Origin: Tubiluchus corallicola
Taxonomy: Eukaryota; Animalia; Priapulida
Assembly (NCBI GenBank): GCA_030141605.1
Contig: JAQGDQ010001117.1
Span: 1-61,666 of the forward strand
DNA: 61,666 bases
Direction: 5' to 3'
In this document: positions 14,778 to 28,500 of the stretch, in pieces
Position numbering within the stretch: the first letter of the stretch is position 1
Layout of the letters: every line of letters begins with the position of its first letter
Notes under the pieces: generated by a model
What the model saw: the letters and a program-made list of their open reading frames with translations, nothing else
Database searches by the model: none
What the model was told of the DNA's origin: nothing
Position numbers and translations under genes: made by a program

Positions 14778-16767
14778 CATTACTCCAAACAACAAGACCA
14801 GGCTCGATTTTAAATCTTTATTACTTCACCGGACAACTTCCCACGGACCCGTCATTCAATTAGCCTCTCATTTTCTACGTTTGCGGGTATTTTGAGACGC
14901 CATACCTGCAATAATAATTGATGTGGATGTGTAGTTCTGGTTCCCAAAGGGAAAATTGCTTACTTCATGCAACCTTCGTCTTCTCTTATTTCCCGTGCAC
15001 CTGTGCTGCGCCTGCGGGCAATCCCACTGTTAACGATGCACTGCCATGACAGATGAGCAATTGCTTACGCGCCCTGCAACTCGCTCTTCAGATTACTCGA
15101 GGTCAGCAAAACGTTAAGCCTCTTGCGGTACATGAGAGACCATGCATTCCTCTGATGAAGTGAAGAGAAAAAATGCCAATTTGGTGCCACTGTGTCTGCC
15201 TCTAGCAGACACATTGACGCCAGTGAATTCGCCTTGGTATTGTAATTTAAATGCCCACTGAACATCGCTTTTCCATTAAAGTTGTCCTGTCGTTTAGCTG
15301 CGGCGGAAAGTGGCGGCAGGTACAACGCTGATTTATGGCGGCTAAAGTTACTGTAACTGACAATAACTTCTTCATCCTGTTAGACTGTTGAACTAAAGAT
15401 AATAATCATTTGATTATAATAGATGACTCATCGTTAATAGTTTTATCTTTCACGCATAGTCCAGAATAAAACGTAAATCAAGAATAAAGGGGTTTTATTA
15501 CATCAAAGACGTATAAGCAACTATAACATTTATAACATTTCGTTCCAACAACATAGAAAATATCTTTAATTGTCTGCAAATTGAAGTGCCACTGAATTTG
15601 TTGGCAAAACATCTGCACATGTACTTAAATCCTGATCTACGGCTTTCTATTATTAGAAGGCAGATTGTACAGGTAATTTTGATGTAATGTATCACTGGAG
15701 TCTGTTTCCCATTTTGAAATTTCTAAAGATTATAGTATATATAAAAGTAGTAATATCTTTTTGATTTTCCGTACGTACAATCGTGTATACTGTTACAGAA
15801 CGCACAAGAATGTTACCCAGAAACCACGGTAACCTAAAATGCTTTTGTTGCAACGAATTTTGTTTAATTCAAGAAAATGGTTTTCACCAAAATAATAACT
15901 GTGCAATAATTACAGTCACTTTTACAAGTCATAAATTGAGTTCAAGAATATTAGTTAAATAAAATTATTATTGCTCCATTTTTGAATCAAATATAGTCCA
16001 GAATGTAAAGCATTATTACTTGCGTTATTGCTCGCTTAATGAGCTTTTATGCCAAAACTGCCTGGATATGGCATTTCACAACGCCATTTATGGTTGTCAT
16101 AAATCAGTTTTTTTCGTGAATATGTTGTTTAGAATGCAATTTACTGTTGTCAATGGAATCCGTTTTTCCTAAAAATTTGGAATAGTGAGTAATATTGTTA
16201 TGAGACAATATAAAAACTGGCTAAAAACTTATTACAAAAACGAGACCCGCATGACAGCGAAATAGACGGCTTTATAGAGATACTTTGCAAGCGAGAAACC
16301 AACAAATCACAGATATCATGAAATTTTTTTAACCGTAACAACCTCTGTACGCACCTGTACAACCTCTTTTCAAATCCAAAATTAGGGCAAACTCAATTTT
16401 TAGTTTTCAATTGGGCTGTTTTTAATTAGTTATGTTGGGCTGATGTCTAAGCAATTCAAACTTAACTTTGTCATTACTATTATCTACTGTTTTCTAATAT
16501 TTAACTTCATTTTTTTCATTTCATTCTTTTTATTTAACGACGTTTTCCACATTGTTTGGGATATGTGACTTTGACAAAATGCGTGAAGATACATTAGTGA
16601 TCATAAAAAAGTATACTGTTAGCTAGTTGAATCAGAAGGGACTAAACCTTGAAAAATAAAACAACACAAGAGTCAAGAACTCGCAGATGTCTTAGACGCA
16701 GGCATTTGTGACTTGAAGATAAAACACGTAATTTGTAACGAGGACACCAACGAAGTCTTAAATGAGA

Positions 16768-17036
16768 AATAAATAAACGAATGAATGGACGAATAAACAA
16801 ACGAATGCAGGAATGAATGAATGAATGAATGATTGAATGAATGAATGAATGAATGAATGAATGAATGAATGAATGAATGAACGAATGAATGAATGAACGA
16901 ATGAATGAATGAATGAATGAAAAAATGAATGAATGAATGAATGGTGAATGAAAGCATGAATGAATAAACGAATTGATGAATGAATGAATGAATAAAAGAA
17001 TGAATGAACAAGCAAACGAACGAACGAACGAACGAA
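16768..17036. repeat. (GAAT)n microsatellite, possibly the tail of an old LINE 3' end
   Basis: Imperfect GAAT/GAAC tandem array preceded by AATAAA. Confidence 0.9.
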
Positions 17037-17447
17037 GGCACAACCACATGCCACAAATGTGATGAACAAATTGCCGTCACTTAAATTAATAAACAAGTGA
17101 GGGAATGATAAAGATAATAGAATAAACAAAAAAGAAATACAACGAACACGTATGTTACATATATATTACAACTTTAAGGAAACGCATGTTGAAATGAGTG
17201 AACAAATTCATCAATAACGAACAAACAAAAAGCAACTAAACAAGCGATACATAATTTATAAGAAAGTAAGTAAATTAAAAGAGCGAAAATACCTAAAATA
17301 CGGTTGTAGTTGCACGCATTTGTCTGCAACAGTTCTCGTCTTCGTTTCACTATTATTGCTATTGTTATTATTGTTATTATTATTATTACAATTATTATTA
17401 TTATTATAATAATTAATAATTATAATTATTAGTACTACTACTACTAC

Positions 17448-17478
<31 letters not shown>

Positions 17479-18635
17479 TTGGGGGTTGTCTTTACTCAAG
17501 ATGGATCGTCCGATGCTGCTGTTAGGGAACATTTTATATCCAAGCAGCCACACGTGATGAAATTTGTCTCTTTTGTATCCAAGAACATTGACTTCCCATT
17601 TTGGATAAAACGGAAGGTGCTAGAATCTGCATTGCTCTCGTCCATACTTTATGGGTGCGAAGCCTGGATATGTGGCAGTGCCCGTATTGGCGAGGTTCCG
17701 TACCGCACTACTATTAAAGCTCTACTGGGGGTTCGTACATCGTTTGCTTGCTAGAACTTGGCATGCCCTCACTTGAAGCGAGGGTAAAAAACGTACAAAA
17801 AAAGTTCGTCTCGAAGTTGGTAAGCCAGCGTCACGCTATGACGGATGACCCGTTTATGCTGGTATGGAATTTATGTAAAGATACACGAACAAAGGGATAC
17901 AAATATTTAGACAATGTTATGTCTACAGCGGATCACGTACAGGCAGATGTAGAGAGACGAAAGACTCATGTCCGAGTTTCTAATCGTACAAAATGCAAGA
18001 CTTATTTGAAAATAAATCCCAATTTGTCTGTGCATCCAATGTATGGGAACACAGAGTTACCTGAGCACAAACGTATAATCATCACAAGAATAAGGGTCTC
18101 ATCACACAATCTAGCTATAGAAACAGGTCGTTGGGCAAATGTACCTCGTGAGCGCAGGCTGTGTCTTTGTGGAGAAATTCAGACAGAAGAGCATTTTTTG
18201 TGCGAGTGCCATGAAAATGCACTTTATAGATCACTGTACGCGTTAAATTATAGTAATATTGCAAATTTATTTGATGGAGAATTAATGTCAATAGGTAGTT
18301 TCATTTACGACTGTATGCATAGATTTGTGAATTAAATAGTATAGCTTTGTTAGCGGACACATAACCACATCACGGAGATTATCATATAGGTAAAATATTT
18401 GTTTAATACATGTGTACAAATGCTTGGTAAATAGTTTTTTTTTCGCTTCATGGAGTTTACAACTAAATTTGTATATCTGTATGTATACCTGTGCAGCTAT
18501 GTTGAGTCAAATTGTTAGTATGATCTGGAAATCATTTCCTGAGCTCTGCCCGCTGATAAAACCATCGGGTGTGAGTCAAGTTTGTAATTTTCGTGTTGGA
18601 AATTTGATTTTCAGAAATAAAATATCTATCTATCT

Positions 18636-18638
<3 letters not shown>
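17479..18638 (+). mobile_element. 5'-truncated CR1/L2-type LINE (ORF2 C-terminus plus 3' UTR)
   Basis: LGVVFTQDG...SSILYGCEAW (RT thumb) then, after one frameshift near 17750, RVSSHNLAIETGRW...RRLCLCGEIQTEEHFLCEC (C-terminal zinc knuckle region); 3' UTR ends in AATAAA plus (TATC)n; (TAC)n on both sides. Confidence 0.88.
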
Positions 18639-19226
<588 letters not shown>

Positions 19227-20123
19227 GCTGTCGTTGTTTTTATGGAAAATAAATATTATACTAACCTGTACCACGCAAGTATGAGTTATTAACTGAATGT
19301 CCACAAATGTAAAAATGTAAGGGTAAAATATAAATACAAATTCAAATAAATAACAAAACAATTCGTAAAGGCATAAAAGGGGAAAAATGATACTTTTATC
19401 ATGTGTTTGTTTTTATACTTATTACTGTAAATAATTATGTCCTTCATCCTGTAATATATATTCTTGTAATGTATAGTACATTTCTTATTGAAATAAAGCT
19501 ATAAATAAACTATTAAGAACTAAACGAAAATGAACAAAAAGTAAATAAATAAAATAATAAAGAAATATAAAGAAATAACTAAAATAGAAATATAAATACG
19601 TACCACAAACATATAAACAACCAGCTAAAGCAACAAAAGCCAAACTAATAGATAAGCTATAGGCTATAGCTCAGTGTTCTCACTATCTAGGAATGTTATG
19701 GACTTCAAGAACTATTCCTTGAATGTGCGAGACAGAGTTACGGAATTCAAGTTGTTAACTAACCAAACGCTTTAAAAACAAATGTGAAACAAAAGCAAAG
19801 ATTTGTTTATATTTTCTATAAAATATTTCATTAATTTTTTACGACAGCCATTATAGATGTATACTATAATAATTTAAATAAAGACATATATTTGCACTTT
19901 ATCAAAATTTTAACAGACCATAAAATTTATGATGATTAAACCTGTAACAGCTGCAGTAACGAACAACGAACAAAGCGCTTTAAAAGTGCTTTATTTGCCA
20001 TTAAAGTAGAACCATTCTGCATCTTGTAGTAAAAATGTACTACTATTGCGTTGTGCTGTTTGTGTTCCGATTAATAATGTCACTTTAATATAATATCTCG
20101 TAATAGAGATAAGCGTTTAATTT

Positions 20124-22007
20124 CTAGCCAAACAAATGTAAATAATTTTCACAAAAGTTTAATATCGCTTCCGCAGAACTTGGTGCATCACTCATGGGTT
20201 GGGCACTTATTTCCTCGTCACCATTTTGCAAGACTTGTGTGCACAAACCCTGCGGTACAACACTTTGGTCTTGTAAGTCAGAGCCATCTTGACGTCCTTG
20301 ACGACAGCACCCAGAACTTTGCACATTGTTTACCTGTAGATGCGCTGGCGTTGGGGTAAACCTTTGTTGCAAATCTCCATTGTTTTGAATATTGTTATAT
20401 GGGACAAATAAACGTTGTTTCAAAATTTGTGATGTAACAACATTTTGCTGATCAGCAACCAATAATTGCTTGCTTGACGCCTGCTCACAAAAGGTTCTAA
20501 TATTGCTCAAATTATCACATAATTGTTGGCTATTAACAGACTCAGCACTTTGCGCAATGCACGGCTGTCCTTGATTAACGTTCGGTGAAGGAATAGCTTC
20601 AATGCACAGCTCTTGTTGAGTGATGTTGGGCGCAGCATTTGACTTACTGCACTGTTGTTGTTCTCTAATGTCAGATGCAATATTTAACTGAATGCACCGT
20701 CCTTCTTGACTGGTACGAGGAGCAATATTTGTCTCATGCTGGTGAAAGTTAAGCGCAATACCTCGGCCACTGTCAAATCTTTGTTCGAATTGGCCGTTGA
20801 GATGTTCGTACATAGTTTGCGTAATAAACCATTGGTTACATAACTGTGGAGTATTTTGAGCAGGTGTTGCAAGGTAGTTTGTAGGCCTATTTTGACCAAT
20901 GTCGGATTGAACAACCGATGGTTTCTCTGCTGGTGAATGCTGGTCTTCATGACAAAAACGTGTTTGCAAAGCTGTTGCATGACTGCAAAAACGTTGTTGG
21001 GTTGACAAATATTGCCCACCTTTTTGATTGTCACTTTGTGTGCAAAAATGTGGATTACTGGAAACATTTTGTTGAACATTTACTTGAACCAATAGATTGT
21101 CGTTGTTCTTTCTAGGAGGCTTTTGAAAGAGGCACTGAGTAGTTCCTTGAAGGCACAGCCGCTGTTCAGACAGATCTGCTGTCTGGGAATTTCTGTCTTG
21201 AGAATTGTATGTTTCCTCATTCCACTTTTGTTTGTTACAAAGTCCGCCATGTTGTCTGTCAAAGTTACGTCTCTGAATTCTTTTTGTTTGAGAACACTTC
21301 CCCAGTTGTTTAGGCCTACAAAGTTGTTGAACAAACGTCTTCGGGCCGGACAAGCCACCATTCGGTTGATCAGACATGTCTTGCTTTGGAGTGTAGCGTT
21401 GTTGATTATTTCTTTGCAGTAAACTTTCTTTAGTAGAAATGCGTTCTTTAGTGGTCGCAAAGTGTTGTTTGAAAGAAGTTCTTGAATTGGATTCGCTTTC
21501 GAGGTTACTTGCGTTTGGGGAAGTATATGATTGACGAAAGCTTCTTGTGTCTACGCACGTCTCTTTCTCGCTTTCATCACCAAGGTTAGTGTGATCGCCA
21601 GCCACCAACTCGAAATTTTCTACTTTGAAGTTTTCCAAATCCTCCAATTTCTGTCTCAAGGAGTCGCTGATAGATGGCAGTCGAGTAGCGCATGTCGTGT
21701 TTTCGTCTTCCTTGATTAGCACCGATGTCAGATAAGCTATCCATTTGGCAGCTAGCCGCAAAGTGTCGATTTTTGAAACATCGTATTTATTCCCACAAAG
21801 CGGTAGAATGTCTCTGAGATGTAGAAAAGCGTTGTTAACTCCGTGAATGCGCAATCTCTCCCTTTCATTTGCAGCCCGCCGTTGCCGACTTACTCCAGTT
21901 AGTAACCGTTTCCGTCGACGGCGACGGTATGACTTCGCACTACAATTATTTTGTTCTGTGTCGTCTTCTTGCATAGTCATGTCACAATTATCTGCTAGCA
22001 AATCCAT
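20124..22007 (-). CDS. Single-exon group-A bHLH transcription factor (Twist/Paraxis/PTF-like superfamily), 627 aa, Q-rich C-terminus
   Basis: Intact 1884-nt ORF; bHLH RQRRAANERERLRIHGVNNAFLHLRDILPLCGNKYDVSKIDTLRLAAKWIAYLTSVL preceded by basic NLS-like RRRRRKR; exact family not assignable by eye. Confidence 0.9.
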   Translation of the reverse strand: MDLLADNCDMTMQEDDTEQNNCSAKSYRRRRRKRLLTGVSRQRRAANERERLRIHGVNNAFLHLRDILPLCGNKYDVSKIDTLRLAAKWIAYLTSVLIKEDENTTCATRLPSISDSLRQKLEDLENFKVENFELVAGDHTNLGDESEKETCVDTRSFRQSYTSPNASNLESESNSRTSFKQHFATTKERISTKESLLQRNNQQRYTPKQDMSDQPNGGLSGPKTFVQQLCRPKQLGKCSQTKRIQRRNFDRQHGGLCNKQKWNEETYNSQDRNSQTADLSEQRLCLQGTTQCLFQKPPRKNNDNLLVQVNVQQNVSSNPHFCTQSDNQKGGQYLSTQQRFCSHATALQTRFCHEDQHSPAEKPSVVQSDIGQNRPTNYLATPAQNTPQLCNQWFITQTMYEHLNGQFEQRFDSGRGIALNFHQHETNIAPRTSQEGRCIQLNIASDIREQQQCSKSNAAPNITQQELCIEAIPSPNVNQGQPCIAQSAESVNSQQLCDNLSNIRTFCEQASSKQLLVADQQNVVTSQILKQRLFVPYNNIQNNGDLQQRFTPTPAHLQVNNVQSSGCCRQGRQDGSDLQDQSVVPQGLCTQVLQNGDEEISAQPMSDAPSSAEAILNFCENYLHLFG

Positions 22008-24289
22008 TCTCCACTAAAGTCAAGTACATGTAGTTCTAATATCAATTGTGGTAAGTCAGAGATAGCTAACCTCTCGTCCAACCGTATCATAGCTACAGCT
22101 ACTCAGGTGTGAGATGAGACTGTCACTTCATTAACCCGTAAATGAACAATTCGGAGACATATTCCCAAAATGAGGCACATGCTCAAGTTTGTTAACCTTT
22201 CATTGCGTCGAGGTGTTTATATATCTGCATTTTGTATCGTGGTCTTCACTGACCCACAACAATTAAGTCAGTGCTTTTATTAAATTTTTAACGGGTTATA
22301 ATTTTGTAAAGGAGCACTACCTCTTCTAGTGTATTATGCAGAAAAGTGTAATTATAAGTACGTAGCTAAATAATTGGGTATTACTTAATTTAATTTAATT
22401 TCTTCCGTATAATTGTAGTGACAACGCGCATTACAATAATAACAATTATTGCCCACACAATACGTACTTACATATCACAATTATAAGGGGCATTAAGTCA
22501 CCTCTACTTAATAATGACCTTGCGTTGATCTCCAGGTCTTGCGTCATATAAAACAATTATTGGAGAGAAACGTACTAGTTTTTAGTCGCCATTCAGTGAA
22601 GTTCAATGTAAATATATATGTTATGATATATATACTTCGTTTAACTACGAGTACAAGAACAAATGTGCTAAAACATGTTACCCTTTTTGAATATTAGTTT
22701 ATCACATGGCTGCCCTCCATCGTGTAAGACACGACTTCTTTTCAATCACGTAAACGCACGAAAGCAATAATAAATAAAAAGTCTGAAATTTTACCTCAAC
22801 TAGGACTCGAACCCAAGAACTACTAATAAATGAGATAAATCACAAATACACAGAATAATACATAAAGAACTTTGAAGTAATTCTCCATACTTTTGTACGT
22901 AAGGAACTTAGTATTACTGGGATTAATAAGTTGCTAATGAATGCCCATTACTATTCTTTGTTTGAGATGACTTTACTCATAAAAAAATATTTCACCGTAA
23001 ATAGTGCATAAATTACTGCACCTGATTACTGTACTACAAATAATTTTATTTGCTAGCTAGCTTTGTATCGCGACAGAAACCAAAGAAGTCCATATCTAGC
23101 CACTAATCTCGAAACACACCTAGTTAAAGTCACACAACTGCCACGTAAAGTACATTAAAATATTAAGATACGCAAGAAGCTGATGGCAAGGTCAGCAGCA
23201 GCAGCAACAGCAACAAAAGCAACCCAATATAGCATTATAGCAAGCGCCACAGAGGCTGTAGAAAGAGCACCTGGAACGACATAAAACAGCAATATCGACA
23301 GCAGCAATGGCGACAACAGTAGCTTCTTACTGTTTTTGTCATTAGCAGAAAAAGTAACAAAGTGACAAGTCCACCAGTGGCAAAGATAGTCATCTATGTT
23401 ATATTTACGCCTTAGCTTCTTGCTCGGCCCTGTAATACATTTTACAATGAAAGCTTATCATTTCTCAATCTCTGTTTCTTACACATTGGTTTAACCTTCC
23501 TAGCAGGTTTAGAAAATCTTGGTCTATTACTCATTGATCTAGCTTATTTAGAAAACACAATTATAAGTTTGGTTAATCTTAAAATAAGCTGCTGTAAAGC
23601 TAATGCTGTTGTAATCAACGAGAAGGTGCGGGGCGGAAAGTAACGGTTTTAAAAATGCCAACAACAGACAAAAGTTACAGCAAAATTTCCATTCGCCAAC
23701 CAAAAATATCACCTATAATCTCATTTTCACCATTTAGTGTTGGGAAAAACCCATAGTTGTTGTTTCAATTACTAAGTCAACTAAAATCACACCCATGTCA
23801 TGTCATTTTCGACATCAAACCAAGATATGACCAGAAAGAGATTAATATTGTAAATATATCTTAGCTTAGCTTAGATAAGAACAGGGGCCCCTGAGTACAC
23901 TTTTGACAAGTGCAGTCGTTTGTCAGTAGGATGGGCTACATTTCAGCTGCAATAACCCACCAATCCTCTCAGCATTTTAAGTGCTAGAATGATAGCTGAA
24001 TAATAAAATCACTAGAGAGCCTAGAGATTTCTAAAAAATTATTCACCAAAAATTAACTTGCATATTAATTCACGCCATAACTATTGCTTGAAAAAGCTTT
24101 AATTGATTGCTAAGTTTTACAGTTGAAGTAGAGAAGTAGATTTTGCTTCCATCACAGGTTTCTATGTGGTGCAGTAGTCTAACTGGTAACGTTGTAATTC
24201 AATGTATGTAGTTCAAATGTTAGGATCGTTTCTGATTGTTTCACATTTTTTCTCTAGAAATTTTACGTTCTGCATTTGTTCCGTCATGA

Positions 24290-24462
24290 ACCAACAAAGT
24301 GAAGTGAACGTGGGTGTGACGTGGCTGGCTTTAAGGTTTTTGTTAATAAGCTGTTAAATAAAGCGGGATTTTGACCAAATCATTCATGTCGTCAGTAGCC
24401 ACTTGTTTTATTAGTGTCAGAGTGTGTTAAATAGGCCCTAGCCTACTAAAGGAGAGGTAAGT
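24290..24462 (+). promoter_or_regulatory. Putative promoter/non-coding first exon of the VWDE-like gene
   Basis: Consensus donor GGAGAG|GTAAGT at 24457 and a GTGACGTG CRE/E-box-like motif, both conserved in copy 2 (~51430-51595); an acceptor TTGTTGTAG lies just upstream of the ATG exon. Confidence 0.4.
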
Positions 24463-25548
24463 GTGCCTATTAGGTGTTAACGTTTCTTCATTTCAAGATT
24501 CGTTTCACTTATGTTTGAAGAAGTGCAGAACTAACAGTTATTAATTTCATTTTTAACTCCGAATTTATCCGAATAAACTATCAGAAAATATAACTTATGG
24601 GTTGAATTTTATTTAATGAGTAATTGTGTTATAAACAGATTTCAGTGTTGTACACTGCGTAAGACAGCGTGTCTGTGAATATGATAACGCAAGATTTTAC
24701 TGGTTCGATACGCCCAAATGATTTTTGAAAATTAATCGTGTACAGTTATTCTAGGCACATTATTAAGACTTAGCTGAACAAAAATGTTTAACGTTGTCTG
24801 AGAAATGAATTGAAAGTACGAGAGCCATCAGCTGAAATCCAGAATCTGTATCTCCAATTCTACATTCTGTTCACTTTAACTAAAACAAGTACAGAAATTA
24901 TCACAAAAAAATTGCGTCTTATTTTTGCACATCACCGTCTTACTTGCGCCGCGGCACCAGTCATTGATTGCCAGTTGTACTTGTTAGTTCAAGATTGGAG
25001 GCAACTTGATGACGTAGATTGAAACGAGGATAAGATGTTTTCAAACATGCTTTATAAATTATAAGACCAATACTTTTTGAGGCCTATTTTTCTTTTAAAA
25101 AAATTATAATGTTGCTGCCGATGCTTATTTGTTCCAATAAATTTATTGAACACTACATTTACAAATGATGTCATCAGTTCCACGTCTCTGTTTAAAAAAC
25201 ACGTGGTGACCTGACGTTCTTGTTGAAGCAAGAGTTCGTTAGATGAAATAGCACTGTATTACCAAACGATATCATTGGTTCCCTGTCTCTATTTGAAAAA
25301 GGACATGACGTCTTGTCTGAAAAGCAGCTCTATCTATCTACACAAACAAAAAGAGAAAATTACCATTTGTCACTCGAATGTTTACTCCGCGATTTCATCG
25401 CAACGTATGCATAAGAAAAGGCGCCCCTGATTGATGATAATAGCGTCCGATATTGATAAGAGAGACCTATAAAAATGCGGGCCTACTTTTGAAAACAACA
25501 ATATTGCGCTTGTTGTAGCACGATATTATACATAGCTGTGATGCAGAG

Positions 25549-28500
25549 ATGTTTCCTGATTTGCTAAGAGCTGCTTTCTGTTTACTGTGTTTTGGTTTGA
25601 GTCTTTTCGACTGTGGTCCAGTCAACAATTTGGGAACAAAATGCTCAGAGTGGACTGAATGGCTTCCTTGTACTAGGACATGCGGGGGCGGAAAACAACC
25701 AAGGTAATATTTTGTTTGCAAACTAGTCTGGAATGCGAAATATTAGGTGACTCTCACACACGTGTAACTCGTACACATGTACGCACGTGTGAAAATCTGT
25801 AAAACGGCACAAGAAAACATGACACAAATGAAAAAGTAGGCAAAAAATGTACAGGAAAAGTGGCACGGCAATGGTAAAAGAAAAATTGACACAAATGGGA
25901 AAGCAGGAAAACATGGTACAGGGAAAAATGGCGAAAATGAAAAAGTAGGTAATTATGGTGCAGGAAAAATGGCACAAATGAAAGTTAGGTAAATATAGTA
26001 CAGGAAAAAATTGCACAAATGGGAAAGTAGTTAAACATGGTATACGAAAAACTGACACATGAGAAAATAGGTAAATATGGTAAATATTGGAAAAATGTCA
26101 CATGTTATTTTAATGCAATTGGTTTCTGTAATAAAATCAGAATGCGCTCAGCAGAATGGAGATCTCTGCCAAAATAAAACCGCTTCGTCTGATTTTTTTA
26201 CTAAAAGCATAAAACAAAGATAAACAAGCAAACATACAGAAATGTTCCTGTATTAGTATGTTAAATCGTAATGTCTGTATTGTATTAGTTTTTGTTTGTT
26301 TGTTTGTAAGTGCTAATGTTTTTATATACACTTATTTGTGTCAATGTCTGTACTAATCCTGTAATTAAGTTTTTTCTAGATAATTTTGTACTTTTTTATG
26401 ATTTTGTTGTGAACTCTGTGATCGAAGTAATACATACATATGTACATGTATATATGTGTGTGTGTGTGTGTGCGTGTGCGTGTGCGTGTGCGTGTGCGTG
26501 TGCGTGTGCATGTGCGTGTGTTTGCGTGCTTACATTACATGTTTCAAATTGAGCCGCTCCAAACAAGTGTTCTTTGTAGCTTGCAGGTTCGAGTCTCAGT
26601 GTTCTTTAAGTACAAATCAACATGAAAGTACTAATATTCTGAATAGACACAGACATGTAATTTGACATTTTTAAAATTTGCAAAACATGTGATAATAGAA
26701 ATCTGAATCACAATACGACATAGTAATGCATCTTATAGGAACAACGTAGGTGTGACGAAGTTAAAAATCATAATTAAATTTGCAGATCCAGAATATGCAA
26801 TGGCGTAAGGGAGCAGGAATTGCGTCATTGTGGTCAGGTTTGTCTCTATGAAGGCATCTTTGTCGATGGCCGCTGTCAATGTGTTCCAGGGCGAAGTGGA
26901 AGTTGTTGTGAAACGGTTGTCGAAACAACTGTGGAAAACCTGGTTGGTAGTTCTTTACATATCGGTAGTAAGATACATATTTCATGTGGTTGTAATTAAC
27001 AGCAGCACTTGGGCAGAAGTGAGAGGCAGGTAGGTAGGCAGCAGTAGCAGTAGTGGCAGTGACAGCGAAAGCAATTGTGATGGCAGCGGAGGTTCTTGAA
27101 AAAAAACTCTTGAGCAGTGTCCTGATCATCTCATCTTATTTTCCTATATCTTATTATCTTAAAACCTCTTATTAAAACTTTCTTGATATGCCAAAGGGGT
27201 ATAACATTCGACGTTTTGACATTTCATATTAATAATCCGCTTGCATGCATGGCTTCTTATAGTCGACTTCTGATATTCAGTGTGGAAATTGCTTTCAAAA
27301 TTGTTTAACACTAACAGTCTTAACTTTCTTTTACAAATTTTATGATGATATCGAACAAAAAGCTATTTGGTGTCAAAATTGTTTTATACTAAATGGCAAA
27401 TTTTACCTAAAAGGACAATGGAAAGTATGTAAGACCTACCAGGTACCTTAATATCAGAGGTCCTTGCCGAAAGACGAGTTGGCTGCTGAAGCTGCATGTT
27501 CAACAATCAATACAAAAGTATTTTTAGAAACTAAACATTGTTGGGCAAACTATTACATATCTTGCATTACCGATCAGACAGTTAGACATAGATTACTCAA
27601 TAAAAATATTATTAAACAGTTTTGAATATGTGAACATAGAGCGATTTTATATTGAATTTCGTACATCAAACCCATGTAACAGGCGTAGTTATCCTTTCAG
27701 CGTTCACAGTGACAATTAAGAAAATAAAAATACGTTTTTTTGTTATTTAGAGCGAATGAGAACAGTGAATTATCCATGTGAGGATGGCGATTACACGGTA
27801 ATAACAAACCAAGAGAAACGAAGTTCCGCTTATGAACCGGTACCCGGATATGATATTCTCTACTGTGACGTCGACCTAGTGTAAACACCAGTAGTTTTCT
27901 CTCATTAACCTAATTAATTAATTAATTCCTTCGTTCATTCATTGTATGAAGTCTTGAAATATGGGTCTTACAGAATATATTGTAAGTTAAAAACCATATA
28001 AGTTTATTTTTGTACTTTTCTTAGAAGTTAAAAATCGATTATTTTCATCATGTGCAAAACATTGTGGTGCCAAAGAAAGGCGAACTACTTTTTGGGCGTT
28101 TTATCTGGCGAATAACTGTATTAATAAAATTAGGGAATATTTTGCCTAAAACACACGCGCAGGAATTCAGTCATCTTAAAGGGATTCTAAGGTGCAAAAC
28201 AACATTAGTTCAGAACATTTGCCGTGTCTTATTAAAGTGATTTAGTCAACAATTTTAAGCGATTTTTTATACTCACAAATTCCCGCTTTCATTATGTAAT
28301 CGGCTCTCGCATCCGCTACGTCATCCTTGGTACATTTCTTCCCATGATGCATAAAGTATGATGTCATCTCGTCCTCACTGGCCTTTAACAACTTTCGTAC
28401 AGTTTTTTGTCATGTATAAATGTAAAAATTGCTTTCTCCATGTCAACAGAATTTAGTTGGGTTTATTACGTGAAATTCATAAAGACATTTGTGCAAGAAA

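Noticed and set aside
16642-17129. Three overlapping FIHS-repeat ORFs
   Set aside because: (GAAT)n microsatellite artefact.
20684-21719. Alternative-frame and antisense ORFs within the bHLH gene
   Set aside because: Shadow ORFs of the long coding sequence.
22790-22820. tRNA B-box-like GGGTTCGAGTCC on minus strand (similar weak signal at 24160-24230)
   Set aside because: No cloverleaf; at most SINE remnants.
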